Part shown: in pieces, positions 10,972 through 21,416 of the stretch
Numbering within the stretch: position 1 is the first letter of the stretch
Layout of the letters: every line of letters starts with the position of its first letter
IMG/VR virus record: IMGVR_UViG_3300021467_000006
Location: 1-64,000 of that record
Source: a virus
Strand: one strand, 5' to 3'
Length of the DNA: 64,000 nt
Notes under the pieces: generated by a model
What the model was told of the DNA's origin: nothing
What the model saw: the letters and a program-made list of their open reading frames with translations, nothing else
Database searches by the model: none
Translations under genes and position numbers: made by a program

Positions 10972-11376
10972 ATGGAATTCTATAAGAGTAAAAAGCGAAG
11001 AATATTAAAGGAGAATAAAATGGCTGTTTCAAAGAAAAAAGTAGATAAACTGGTAAAGGAATATCTGAGAGTCAAAGAATTGAAAGAACAATATGCCAAA
11101 TATGAAAAACAGTATAAAGAAGAGCTTTTAAAATATGAGAATTATATCAACAAAAAAGATTATCCTATAGAAATTGTAACTGTAGAAACAATAATTTTAA
11201 ATCCAGCTATTGTTTGGAAAGCAATAAAGAGTGTGCCTAAGTTCCTGAAAGTCGTTTCTATAAACAAAACTGCCCTCTCCAAGCTGTTAGATAAGAAAAC
11301 TATGGCAAGCATCGAAGCCCAATGTGAGGTTAAAACCAGTAAAAGAATAACTTTGAGAAAAAAGACAAAGAAATAA
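10972..11376 (+). CDS. hypothetical basic protein (start probably 11020)
   Basis: ORF with RBS; translationally coupled to the helicase. Confidence 0.65.
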   Translation: MEFYKSKKRRILKENKMAVSKKKVDKLVKEYLRVKELKEQYAKYEKQYKEELLKYENYINKKDYPIEIVTVETIILNPAIVWKAIKSVPKFLKVVSINKTALSKLLDKKTMASIEAQCEVKTSKRITLRKKTKK

Positions 11377-13061
11377 TGGTAGAAATCAAAAAAAGAAATA
11401 AAAACTGGATTTGGGTCAAAACCAATAAAAAGCTAAAAAATGTAAATTTTAAAGTTATAGAAAAAGGGGTATATAAAATACCCCTTACTCCTAGAAACCT
11501 ATTTGAATTAGGGGAACAATTCCCAAAAGAAAAGAAGTTTAAAGAACTGCAACTGAAAGAAGAAAAATACCTAGCTTCTATAAAGGAAAAGACCTGGGGG
11601 TTAGCAATAAAGAGCTTAATAAATAATGAAGATAAGGTATTAGAACTAAAAGAAAAACTCGAATCCAAAATAGATCTATTAGGAGATTTCTTCAGGCATC
11701 AGATACTTTCAATCTATTTTGGAACAATATTTCCTTCTGCAGGAATATTTCTAAAAATGGGGTTAGGAAAAACATATTGTGCTATAAACATTATGAAATT
11801 TAGGATGTTCCATTCTGGAGTAAGAAGAACATGGATAATAACCCCAAAGTCCTTGATACCGCAATGGGAAGAGCAGATAGAAAAATTCTTTCCAGAATTG
11901 AAAAATAAAATTCTATCTGTTTATGACCTATCACAAATAAGAGGAAAGGATTTAAATACAATAACAGCAAATGTCGTTATTGTTAATTATGAAAAAATCC
12001 TGAAAATCTTGGATAGATTGAACTCAGTTGATATGCTGATTCTGGATGAATCAACATTAGTAAAGAATTATAGAGCTAAACGTACAAAAGCAGCGCTTTA
12101 TCTATCAGAAAAAGTACGATTCAAATTGGTGCTGACAGGAACACCAATGATGAATAATCCTGATGAAGTATGGAGCCAGTATTATATCATTAATCCTTAT
12201 TGTTATAACATGTCTTATTATGCCTTCAGAGGAACATATTTCTATAAGCCTAAAGATAGTAGAAATTGGAAATTCAGACCATCAAAAGCAAAATATTTTA
12301 AAAGATTGTTATATACACAGGCTATAAGATTTAAGCATGAAGAAGTGCCTGAATACAAAGGTAAGAAGATCGTGAAGTATTGTCCGGTATCTCTCAATCC
12401 TCAGCATAGGGAAATTTATAATGATACAGCTATGGGGGTAATTGATGAGCTAGAAAGGCTAAAAGGATACAGCATAACCAAAGGTCTTCCCATACTCGGA
12501 AAATTAAGACAAATTACATCCGGTTTTTTAATCTTGAATAAAAAAGATAGCAAAGGCAAGCTCTTATCTAAAGTGATAAAATTAGATGGGGAATCCAATA
12601 AAATAAACTATGTATGCACACTGGCAGAAAGAGCAGTTAAAGAAGGAAACAGCGTTGTTATTGCCGTTAGTTTTGTTCATACAGGTAAAATAATAAGAAA
12701 AACAATAGAAGGAAAAGGCATTAAAACAGCTATTATATATGGACAACAAAGTGCAGTTAAAAGAAAAGAAAATGAAATGGATTTCAAGCGGGGAAAAGTA
12801 AAAGTAATGATCTCACAATTAAGAACAGGAGGGTTAGGGCTGGACTTTAAAAATGCCAATGTTGTAATATTTGCCGAGGAGGATTATTCACCTAAAGTAA
12901 ATGAGCAAGCTGCATATAGGATAGTCAGACTGGTTCAGAAAAAGAAATGCTTCATATTTTTCGTTTATACCAAAGATACAATAGACGAAAAAATATTGTT
13001 TGGAACCGTAAAAAACAAAGAGCAGTTGATAAATTCTATCGTAGAAACAATAAAAGATTGA
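11376..13061 (+). CDS. SNF2-family (SF2) helicase/ATPase
   Basis: MGLGKT Walker A, LDES Walker B, LTGTP, GGLGLDF and QAAYRIVR motifs. Confidence 0.92.
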   Translation: MVEIKKRNKNWIWVKTNKKLKNVNFKVIEKGVYKIPLTPRNLFELGEQFPKEKKFKELQLKEEKYLASIKEKTWGLAIKSLINNEDKVLELKEKLESKIDLLGDFFRHQILSIYFGTIFPSAGIFLKMGLGKTYCAINIMKFRMFHSGVRRTWIITPKSLIPQWEEQIEKFFPELKNKILSVYDLSQIRGKDLNTITANVVIVNYEKILKILDRLNSVDMLILDESTLVKNYRAKRTKAALYLSEKVRFKLVLTGTPMMNNPDEVWSQYYIINPYCYNMSYYAFRGTYFYKPKDSRNWKFRPSKAKYFKRLLYTQAIRFKHEEVPEYKGKKIVKYCPVSLNPQHREIYNDTAMGVIDELERLKGYSITKGLPILGKLRQITSGFLILNKKDSKGKLLSKVIKLDGESNKINYVCTLAERAVKEGNSVVIAVSFVHTGKIIRKTIEGKGIKTAIIYGQQSAVKRKENEMDFKRGKVKVMISQLRTGGLGLDFKNANVVIFAEEDYSPKVNEQAAYRIVRLVQKKKCFIFFVYTKDTIDEKILFGTVKNKEQLINSIVETIKD

Positions 13062-13086
13062 CAAACATTGATTTCTATAGTAATAT
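13058..13086 (+). promoter_or_regulatory. phage promoter TTGACA-N14-TAG-TAATAT
   Basis: 17-nt spacer; the same architecture recurs six times. Confidence 0.75.
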
Positions 13087-13113
13087 ATAGGAAATTTCAA
13101 ACGGGGGTTAGAG

Positions 13114-15210
13114 ATGGATATTAAGCAAAGTTTTTTAACCGTAGGAGATATTAAAAAAATCTATGGCGGAAAAGGTTTTTATCTTTTATGGTTAAATAAA
13201 AAACTATCCGAAATAGATAAACCTTCGGCAGAAGTTCCACCTTTCAGAATCATTCCAATTCAGGAATGTAAAAATTTCCTAAAAACAAAAGAGTTCGATA
13301 GGGAAAAGGCATTTTCTTATTATAAAGACCTTCCAAGAAGAAAATACTCCGTAAGATCGGGAGCTGAAAAGTCGCTTCCTGGTTTGATGGATACTATATT
13401 GTTTGTAAAACACAACGAAGTTCCTGAAAGAATCAAAGAAGTCTTTCAATCCTTTACAAAAATCCCCGAAGATGTAAGGAAAGACTTAGAAGGTACTGCA
13501 GCTATTGTTCAATGTATGGCAACTGTATTACCTAAAAATGATGTAGCTGTTGGGGTAGTATTTCCAAAAATAAAAGATAATAGGGTTGAATTGACTTTTA
13601 GATATAAAAAAAGAATAGGTGATGATATTGTTTCCGGTAAATCAGAAGAAGACGGGGTAATGGTAATAGTAGATTATACAAGTGCTTCTATCCATAAAGA
13701 TACTGCATTTTATCAAGTTCCTATATTTCAAATATTCAGTGAATATTTGAAAACATTTCATCATCCACCAGAATTTGAAATCATAATAGATTTTACACGA
13801 AAGAATCTATTTTTCCTACAGGCTAGGGATTATAAATTAACTCCAGCAGAAGTTAAATTCTGGGTAAAACTATTAAAAGATATAAAAATTTCACCTTCCA
13901 GTGATATTATAAAACTGGCTTCAAAAAATAAAACAATCGAAATAGATAAAGAACCAACTTTTGAAGGAGAAGGGGAAGGGATTGCAATAGGTAAATTAAC
14001 TAAAAAGGATTATAAAAAGAAAAACTATATAAAATATATAGAAAGCGGTGTTTCTCTGGAATGGATAAATTCGGTGAAGAATCCAAACTGTGTAGGGATT
14101 GCATTTTCTACTGGCTCTCTTCATTGTCATGGTGTTGTGCTGGCAAAGGGATATGGAAAAGCATATATAAAAATACCTAAAAAAGCAGTAAAAGAATTTA
14201 TTGACCTCCCAAAAATTACCATAATAGATGGTAACATTTATACTGATGTAGATATAGAAATAAAAGAAAGCGAATTGGAAATAAAAGATGAGAAAGAAAA
14301 AGAAATAATACCAAAAATCTTAAGATCAAAAATAACACAGTCTGATGTTTTTAGTGAAGCAAAATCGGTGGAAGATATAGGAAAATATAAATTAGCTATA
14401 TTAGATAGAATTCCTTCAGAAGAATTGGAAGAAACATTAAATTCTGCAGTTACAAGGTTTGTATTATGGGGGGTTTTGGCTTCTATAGGGGAATCCAGGC
14501 ATATAGATTTACTGAGCAATAGTTACACATTACAGGTAAATAGAAAGATGATCTTCAAAGATTTTGATTTCTCAAATATAGATATAAGTGCTTCTAATAC
14601 ACTTCTAGAAGGATTAGTAGGGAAATGTGGCGGGGGATCTAAAAAAATCTATATTTATCTTCCTTTATTAGACATCATAAGAAAGGGAATCCCTAAAGAA
14701 AGATTATATAAAATAATGGAATTAGTTGAATTGATCTTTAAAGACCCCAGTAAAGCAGTAATAAAAATAGTTGGGAATGTTAATTTACTTAATAAATATG
14801 AGGAAAATAAAAGTTCTTTTATTGTACCTTATGAACAAGTAATAAAATCCTTAGCTGGTTTTGCTGGAGGTTTCGGTGGTAAAAAATGGGGTAAAATAGC
14901 TGAAGCCACTAAAAATCTTATAGAAGTGCTTGGAAAACCAACAAAGATAAGTAAGGTATTAGCCTTATTAAATGAAATAGAAGCTCTGCAACATAATAAT
15001 GCAATCTTTTTCAATAAATTTATAGACACTTATCCAATATTAAATATTTATAACGCTTTCAATAATGGTGAGAATCAATTCATCAGCTATTTAAAATTCA
15101 ATCATCCAGATATTTTTAATAATTACCTTTCAGAGGAAGGATGTAAAGAGAAAGGAATAGATATTAACAATATACCAATAGAAGAAATTTTTAACAAGAA
15201 AGGAGTATAA
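13114..15210 (+). CDS. PPDK/PEP-synthase-like phosphotransferase (ATP-grasp, swivelling His domain, unknown C-terminal domain)
   Basis: GGKG, SVRSGA..SLPGLMDT, VQCM and FLQARD motifs; His-domain-like GSLHCHGVVLAK; no pyruvate-binding barrel recognisable. Confidence 0.8.
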   Translation: MDIKQSFLTVGDIKKIYGGKGFYLLWLNKKLSEIDKPSAEVPPFRIIPIQECKNFLKTKEFDREKAFSYYKDLPRRKYSVRSGAEKSLPGLMDTILFVKHNEVPERIKEVFQSFTKIPEDVRKDLEGTAAIVQCMATVLPKNDVAVGVVFPKIKDNRVELTFRYKKRIGDDIVSGKSEEDGVMVIVDYTSASIHKDTAFYQVPIFQIFSEYLKTFHHPPEFEIIIDFTRKNLFFLQARDYKLTPAEVKFWVKLLKDIKISPSSDIIKLASKNKTIEIDKEPTFEGEGEGIAIGKLTKKDYKKKNYIKYIESGVSLEWINSVKNPNCVGIAFSTGSLHCHGVVLAKGYGKAYIKIPKKAVKEFIDLPKITIIDGNIYTDVDIEIKESELEIKDEKEKEIIPKILRSKITQSDVFSEAKSVEDIGKYKLAILDRIPSEELEETLNSAVTRFVLWGVLASIGESRHIDLLSNSYTLQVNRKMIFKDFDFSNIDISASNTLLEGLVGKCGGGSKKIYIYLPLLDIIRKGIPKERLYKIMELVELIFKDPSKAVIKIVGNVNLLNKYEENKSSFIVPYEQVIKSLAGFAGGFGGKKWGKIAEATKNLIEVLGKPTKISKVLALLNEIEALQHNNAIFFNKFIDTYPILNIYNAFNNGENQFISYLKFNHPDIFNNYLSEEGCKEKGIDINNIPIEEIFNKKGV

Positions 15211-15213
15211 ATT

Positions 15214-16032
15214 ATGTACCATTACAATGGAACAAAAAAATGCCATGATTATAAAAAACCAGTATTCATTGTTGATAATCTATATATCTATGGAGGTGCG
15301 GAAAGAGAGATAAAATATGAAGAATATGATGCAGTTATAAGACTGTTGGAAAGCAAACCCTCCATTACAGAAATATTTGGAACAGGTATATTCAAGGACT
15401 TGGAAAGTATTCTAACAACAAAAACAAGCATTCTGCATCTACCAATCAGGGATATGTCAGCTCCAAATTATGGTGTGGGACTCTGGATAGGTCTGGTAGA
15501 ATTATTGAAACAAGCTGCAAAAAAACAGAAAGAACCATTCAAGGTAGCAATTCATTGTATGGGCGGACATGGAAGAACTGGATTGGTTTTGGCAATTATA
15601 GGATTGATTTTAGGGGAATTACCCCATGACCCAAAAGAGGCAATAATAGAACTAAGAAAAAGATATTGCCATAAAGCAGTAGAATCTGAAGAGCAATTAA
15701 GCTATATTTTTTCAATTGGTTATAATTTGGAATACTGGAAAGACATAGACGATGCCAAGGGGTTTTTAAGCCTGGCATCTAAAAGCTATGGGGGCTCTAG
15801 TATATTGGATAATTATGTTGATATAGATAGTAGATTTAATAATATGGATTATGAATATTTTGATGAAGAAGAGGATTTGACCATTCTAGACGAACTTCCA
15901 AGAGATACAAAATGTACCGATTGTAAATATTTTAATAACTGTCTTGCAGATGAAGAAGATACACCTTTCAGATATAATTGTATTGATTTTGAACCTAAAG
16001 GAGAGAAAGGAGGTGAAACAGATTTAGATTGA
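15214..16032 (+). CDS. protein-tyrosine/dual-specificity phosphatase with a C-terminal 4-Cys module
   Basis: HCMGGHGRTG (CX5R) P-loop, PIRDM acid loop, AVESEEQ. Confidence 0.9.
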   Translation: MYHYNGTKKCHDYKKPVFIVDNLYIYGGAEREIKYEEYDAVIRLLESKPSITEIFGTGIFKDLESILTTKTSILHLPIRDMSAPNYGVGLWIGLVELLKQAAKKQKEPFKVAIHCMGGHGRTGLVLAIIGLILGELPHDPKEAIIELRKRYCHKAVESEEQLSYIFSIGYNLEYWKDIDDAKGFLSLASKSYGGSSILDNYVDIDSRFNNMDYEYFDEEEDLTILDELPRDTKCTDCKYFNNCLADEEDTPFRYNCIDFEPKGEKGGETDLD

Positions 16033-16057
16033 CATTTCATAGTTTTTATAGTAATAT
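16029..16057 (+). promoter_or_regulatory. phage promoter TTGACA-N14-TAG-TAATAT
   Basis: 17-nt spacer. Confidence 0.75.
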
Positions 16058-16088
16058 ATAAACCATCAATTTTTTAAAGGAGGAAATT

Positions 16089-16583
16089 ATGTTTGATTCG
16101 ATTGTTTCAACAAGTTTTTATGGTAGTCCAACCCCTTACGTAAGAGGGAAAATGGTAAGGATAGATGACACCACAGTAGCCTTCGACCTTGAAACCAAAG
16201 ATCTTTCCCAAGAAGAAAAAGAAGCCCTCACAGAATTTATAAAAGATGCCGAGGAATTCAAAGAAAAAATCATGAGCGAAATGAGTGGCTTAGTAGCAAT
16301 CACAAACAAAGTGGTAATAGATTGCAATGATGAAAGATTGCGATTTATAATCAAAGGAATAAAAACAGGATATGAAGAAAGAATTGCCCAAGCCAATCCT
16401 AGAATGGGTGGAATCGTCCATTTCCAATTTAAAGAAAACCTGGATGATGAAACCTATGACAAGGCAGATATAAAGATTGACGAGCTTGCCGTTATTCTTT
16501 TCAGAATTCTACTACTTAACAAGAAAACCAAAACTAAAATCATTGAAGCAGAGACTGAAGAAACAGAAGCATATATACAATAA
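16089..16583 (+). CDS. hypothetical protein
   Basis: ORF with AGGAGG RBS directly after a promoter. Confidence 0.8.
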   Translation: MFDSIVSTSFYGSPTPYVRGKMVRIDDTTVAFDLETKDLSQEEKEALTEFIKDAEEFKEKIMSEMSGLVAITNKVVIDCNDERLRFIIKGIKTGYEERIAQANPRMGGIVHFQFKENLDDETYDKADIKIDELAVILFRILLLNKKTKTKIIEAETEETEAYIQ

Positions 16584-16605
16584 ACAATGAAAGGAGGTTT
16601 TAATT

Positions 16606-17163
16606 ATGCCTAAATGTAAAGATTGTGCCTTATTTGAAGATTGTATGGCAGACGAAAATGATGTGCCAGAAAATTTCGATTGCGAAGATTTCACACCAAA
16701 AGAAGAAGCCCCAACAGAAGAAGTAATCGAAGAAGCAGAAGAGGTTTGGGGAGAAGAAGCTGAAATGACAGATGAGTTTGAGGGGTTTGACGAAGAGGAA
16801 ATAAAAGAAGCAGAACCAGAGCCTGAGCCAGAACCTGAATCAAAACCAAAACCTAAGACAAAGAAACCCAAAGCTAAACCAGGGCCGAAACCCAAAGCCA
16901 AGCCTAAGAAAGAGGCTAAAACTAAGGAAGCTCCAAAAGAAGCCTTGCAAAAAGAGAAGGTTTCTGATAGTCTAGAAGATAAGATCAGGAAGGCTATAAA
17001 AGATCGTGAAGATATCATGGTAATCAAGGTGAAATTCCTGATTGAATTAGCTGAAACCAATCCCAAACTCAAAAAAGAAATAGAAATGGATACCCTATTA
17101 GATAAATTGGCAGATTTGATTACAACAGCAGAGGCAACCAAGATTGTCGCCTCCCTTCTCTAA
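16606..17163 (+). CDS. protein with an N-terminal 4-Cys module, acidic linker, and EP- and KP-rich low-complexity regions
   Basis: CKDC-x5-C...C; EPEPEPE; KPKPKTKKPKAKP. Confidence 0.8.
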   Translation: MPKCKDCALFEDCMADENDVPENFDCEDFTPKEEAPTEEVIEEAEEVWGEEAEMTDEFEGFDEEEIKEAEPEPEPEPESKPKPKTKKPKAKPGPKPKAKPKKEAKTKEAPKEALQKEKVSDSLEDKIRKAIKDREDIMVIKVKFLIELAETNPKLKKEIEMDTLLDKLADLITTAEATKIVASLL

Positions 17164-17174
17164 CCCCCATAAAC

Positions 17175-17203
17175 AGCCCCCGTTACCCCCACGGGGGCTT
17201 TTT
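17175..17203 (+). terminator. rho-independent terminator
   Basis: AGCCCCCGT/ACGGGGGCT stem plus T run. Confidence 0.85.
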
Positions 17204-17216
17204 GTTGTAAGGTGTT

Positions 17217-17642
17217 ATGGATGCTAAGAAGATATTAGTAGAACAGATAACAGAACAGGTTCTAAATGAATTAGAAAATAAGTCTAGAGCATTTAAAACC
17301 TGTTCTTATTTAATTCCACCTGATAAACATGAATCTCTTGTAAAACTTTATCTCACCTTAGTAATAGAAGAAGAACACTTAGAAACTCTTCAAACCCTCT
17401 CTAAAACTTTCCTCTGTACAATAGAAACATTAGTAGCGTTCTTTTTAAGACGAATGTTATCAACCATGTCTGTAAAAAACAAGATTTTAAAACTAGGTGG
17501 AATTGATAAAGAGACGCTTCAAATAATTGATGCCTTGGAAGAAACAAAGATCTTCCTAGCCAAAAAAGCCTACCTTGGCAAGAAGGGCATCAAGAAAAAA
17601 GAAATGGACAAGAAGATAGCCAAGCTAATAAGCAGGGCTTAA
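17217..17642 (+). CDS. hypothetical protein
   Basis: ORF. Confidence 0.65.
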   Translation: MDAKKILVEQITEQVLNELENKSRAFKTCSYLIPPDKHESLVKLYLTLVIEEEHLETLQTLSKTFLCTIETLVAFFLRRMLSTMSVKNKILKLGGIDKETLQIIDALEETKIFLAKKAYLGKKGIKKKEMDKKIAKLISRA

Positions 17643-17662
17643 CAAACCACTAGGGGGTTAAA

Positions 17663-18940
17663 ATGGAGAATTACGTTAATAGTCTGCTCACGGAGAGGTT
17701 TCTTTCTGAATTCAATAGAAAACCATTTGGCAAGAATCAAGATAAAATAATTTCCAATTGGTGTTCAAAAATAGAAACAATAGCAGAAAAGCATAAGATC
17801 GAGGCTACTATCTTGGCAGAAAAGGCAATAGATAACATTCTCAAAGTACATAAAAAATCGAGGAATTTTGTGCCATCTGTGAATGTTTTATTAGGCAATA
17901 AATATTTTGAGATGATAAAAAACCAGATAAGTAAGAGAAAATTGGGGATAACTCAAACAGAAAGATTAATCTCTGAAAGAAACATCAAGCCCCTCGTGCT
18001 TCCAAAAGAAAGTACGATAAATCTAATTTCAAAAAGCAAATTCATAAGAAATAATTCTACAATGACCAAACTAACACATACAGCATTTGAAGAAACATTC
18101 CTCGGAAATAAATTAACTACCCTTACAAACATACCAACAAAACCAATAAAAGGAAATTTCAAATGGGAATTAGTAACCTTACTGATGCACCTGAAGAAGT
18201 TCCATAACGAAATACCAGTAACAAGGCGGATAGTTATTGAGGTGGAATCAGTATTATTTAGTATATTACTGCATAACCATAAAGAAGAATTAAAAAAATT
18301 ATATATAAAAGACTATAATTATACCCCAGAGTACGCCAATGGAAATACATTAAATGTATTATTAGATCTATGGGAAGAATGTAGGGATAAAATAAACAAA
18401 AAAGATATCAATAGATATGTAAAAAGACAAAACGTAATAGATGATATAACTTATTTTATGGGATTCAAACCCGTAACAGTACCATTGAGAAAATTTGGAA
18501 CATCAATAGACGTTAAATATAGCTATTCCTATTGCATCTTATTAATGAAAGCCTTCACTTTAGCAATGAATCAGATGTTATTTAAGGGAGAAACTATCTT
18601 AGAACCTTTCTTGAAGAGGATAGCTTATATATATGATTGCAATTCTATAAAAGAAGTCTTGGAATTGAATTTATATATCTATAATGAAATATCCCAACAA
18701 AATACAGGAAAGATACTGCAAAGATATAATCATTATGTAAAAGAAAAAGTAATGTTTCTATTAGAACAAGTAACTTCAAAAATGAAAATATATGGAATAA
18801 ATAGAAAAGCTAAAAAAGAGATATCAAAGAACCTAATTCCAGATATAAAACTAAAAGGATTAAGAAGCAATAGATATAATGTCATAATGACACTGATGAA
18901 AAAATATAAAATCCCTCATATAAATCCATCCAACATATGA
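17663..18940 (+). CDS. hypothetical protein upstream of the primase-helicase
   Basis: 425-aa ORF with no recognised motif. Confidence 0.75.
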   Translation: MENYVNSLLTERFLSEFNRKPFGKNQDKIISNWCSKIETIAEKHKIEATILAEKAIDNILKVHKKSRNFVPSVNVLLGNKYFEMIKNQISKRKLGITQTERLISERNIKPLVLPKESTINLISKSKFIRNNSTMTKLTHTAFEETFLGNKLTTLTNIPTKPIKGNFKWELVTLLMHLKKFHNEIPVTRRIVIEVESVLFSILLHNHKEELKKLYIKDYNYTPEYANGNTLNVLLDLWEECRDKINKKDINRYVKRQNVIDDITYFMGFKPVTVPLRKFGTSIDVKYSYSYCILLMKAFTLAMNQMLFKGETILEPFLKRIAYIYDCNSIKEVLELNLYIYNEISQQNTGKILQRYNHYVKEKVMFLLEQVTSKMKIYGINRKAKKEISKNLIPDIKLKGLRSNRYNVIMTLMKKYKIPHINPSNI

Positions 18941-18962
18941 AAATCCACGGGGGTTAGGAATT

Positions 18963-20747
18963 ATGTTCTCTATCCAAGATCAAATAACAGAGCTGTTAGG
19001 TGCACCCACCAGCAGTTGCGGGAATCAATATATCTACCAAACATGCCCTCTCTGTTTTGATAATAAAAAGCATTTCTACATAAATAGCCAGACAGGCTTA
19101 TGGGATTGTAAAAAATGCGGAGAAAGCGGGAACCTTTACAAACTAAAAAAAGAATTGGGAGTAACAAAAGATGTAAAGGTATTAGGCTTAAAAAAGAAGG
19201 AAGATAAACCTCAGAGCGGGATACCATTCAATAGACAGGTAGAAATCATAAAATATCATAAAAATCTATTAAAAGATGAAAAATTATTACAAGAATTAAT
19301 GGATTGGTGGAAAATAAGTTTAGAAACAGTAAAGAAATTCAAATTAGGAGTAGCAAGAAACAAAAATAAATTCAAAAAAGTCATAAAATGGGTATCAATA
19401 CCAACTTTTACATATAAAGAAATAGTCAATGTTAAATATAGAAGCTGGTTAGGAGAAGAAAAAGAGTTCAAAAGGGAATATGGAGGCAAATCTGATCTAT
19501 TCAATATTGATAATATCAATAAAAACCTAAAATTCGTCATACTTACCGAAGGTGAAAAGGATGCAATAGTAGCTACAGATGCCGGATTAAAAAATGTAAT
19601 AGGGCTTACAGGTGGGGCTGATACTTTTCTAGACGATTGGTTTGATTTCTTTGAGCCTTTTGAACGAATATTACTCTGCATGGATGAAGATAGAGCTGGA
19701 AAGAGGGGGTTATTAAAGATATCAAAGAGATTAGGAGTAGAAAGATGCAAATATATAAAACTTCCTGATGGTATGGATGTAGCAGATTATATTCATAAAT
19801 ATTCTGCAAAACAATTCAAGAAACTATTGAAAAATCCCCAAGAAATACCTGTAAAATTCGTTACAGATATAAAAACATCATTATTCAACTTCATGATGAA
19901 AAAAGACGATAATGATGAAGTTTATGATTTACCTTGGAAATCTGTAAATAAAATCTTAAATGGCGGTTTCAAACGAGGACAATTAATTACATTATCTGGA
20001 ACACCAAAAGTAGGTAAAACCACTACTTCTTTATACATAGCAGATCATTTTGCCAGAGTGCATAAAATACCTAGTTTATTTTTCTGTCTGGAAATGAAGG
20101 ATTCTGAATTAATTCAGAAACTACTAACCTCCAGATATAAAATCCACCATAAAGCATTGGCTAAAAGCGATGCTTTATGCCTAATATCAGATGTATTAAT
20201 GGATGATTACCCTCTATATTTGGCATATGTCAATGAGAAAATAGATATGAAGATTTTGAAAGAAGTATTGATAGACGCATGGAAAAGACTGGGTATAGGG
20301 TTCTTTGTTTTTGATAATGTTCATTATATGGTTAGACATGTTAAAGATAAAGTTACAGCTATAGAAGATGTTGTTAAAGATATGAAGCTATTAACCAATG
20401 AATTAGATCTCATAACAATACAAATAGCCCAACCTAAGAAAATATCAGTTACAAAAATGATGGATTATTTCGATATAGGATGGAGCGGTGCATTTGCTTC
20501 TGATTCAGATACAATCATATGTCTATTTAGAGAAAGAACAAATCAAACAAAAGATTTTGAAAACTTTGAAGATAGCTCTTTCTCTAACAATCTAGTATTT
20601 GGAGTAGATGCTGGAAGGTATACAGCAGGAGGAATGACTGTATTGAAACTAGATAAAAACTATCTCGATCTCAATGAATATAAGCAAAAAGATATATCTA
20701 TCATACTTACAAATATGCTATCTGCAAATGAAGATAAGAAGAAGTAG
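18963..20747 (+). CDS. T7 gp4/Twinkle-like DNA primase-helicase
   Basis: N-terminal CPLC...CKKC zinc finger, TOPRIM TEGEKD and DED, SF4 helicase GTPKVGKT and FDNVH. Confidence 0.92.
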   Translation: MFSIQDQITELLGAPTSSCGNQYIYQTCPLCFDNKKHFYINSQTGLWDCKKCGESGNLYKLKKELGVTKDVKVLGLKKKEDKPQSGIPFNRQVEIIKYHKNLLKDEKLLQELMDWWKISLETVKKFKLGVARNKNKFKKVIKWVSIPTFTYKEIVNVKYRSWLGEEKEFKREYGGKSDLFNIDNINKNLKFVILTEGEKDAIVATDAGLKNVIGLTGGADTFLDDWFDFFEPFERILLCMDEDRAGKRGLLKISKRLGVERCKYIKLPDGMDVADYIHKYSAKQFKKLLKNPQEIPVKFVTDIKTSLFNFMMKKDDNDEVYDLPWKSVNKILNGGFKRGQLITLSGTPKVGKTTTSLYIADHFARVHKIPSLFFCLEMKDSELIQKLLTSRYKIHHKALAKSDALCLISDVLMDDYPLYLAYVNEKIDMKILKEVLIDAWKRLGIGFFVFDNVHYMVRHVKDKVTAIEDVVKDMKLLTNELDLITIQIAQPKKISVTKMMDYFDIGWSGAFASDSDTIICLFRERTNQTKDFENFEDSSFSNNLVFGVDAGRYTAGGMTVLKLDKNYLDLNEYKQKDISIILTNMLSANEDKKK

Positions 20748-20984
20748 TAATAGGAGGTATTACAATGGGAATTACATTGAAAGAATATGTAAGAGGGATG
20801 CTAATTAAATATAAAGAATATCCTGAAATGAAGAATATCCTAAAAGAATTATATGAGGAATGGTATGGAAAACCTGAACAACAAAAAATCGCTACAATAC
20901 AAGGTGCTTGTTGCACTTTGGAACAAACATGTAGTTCTTGAGATTGAATAACATAACTTCAGTTAGAAGTGTGAGGAGGATACA

Positions 20985-21416
20985 ATGAAGACAGAAATAA
21001 TGTATGAATGTAGAAATTTTCAGAGATGCTCGGCTCCTATATGCCCTTTAGATAAAAATAAGAATCAAAGGATTTGGTATTCAAATGAGGCAATCTGTAT
21101 GAGAACAGATTTTTCAAAACTCCAATTCATTAAAACTCAGAGAAAAATCAAACGAAAACAGGCTGAAGGATTTTTTACATATAAGATGTTAGATAAAAAC
21201 TACGTTGTAAAGAAAGGAATAAAAGGATTGAATCCAGAATCTAATATCGAAAAAATCAACAAATCAGAAAGTAATTGGATTTCAAAACATAAAGGCAGAC
21301 CTAAGTTATCAAAAAAACAAGTAGAACAGTTAAAAAAACGCATGAAAACTATACAACAAAAAAAGGCTAAAAAATCGGCATCTAATGATTCCAATAACTT
21401 ACAAAGAAAGGTATAA
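20985..21416 (+). CDS. hypothetical Cys-containing basic protein
   Basis: CRNFQRCSAPICPLD. Confidence 0.7.
   Translation: MKTEIMYECRNFQRCSAPICPLDKNKNQRIWYSNEAICMRTDFSKLQFIKTQRKIKRKQAEGFFTYKMLDKNYVVKKGIKGLNPESNIEKINKSESNWISKHKGRPKLSKKQVEQLKKRMKTIQQKKAKKSASNDSNNLQRKV

Noticed and set aside
20764-20956. Small ORF ending ...CCTLEQTCSS-TGA-GAT-TGA as a possible selenoprotein or readthrough
   Set aside because: No SECIS-like hairpin recognised; other genes end normally at TGA, TAG and TAA, so there is no evidence of recoding
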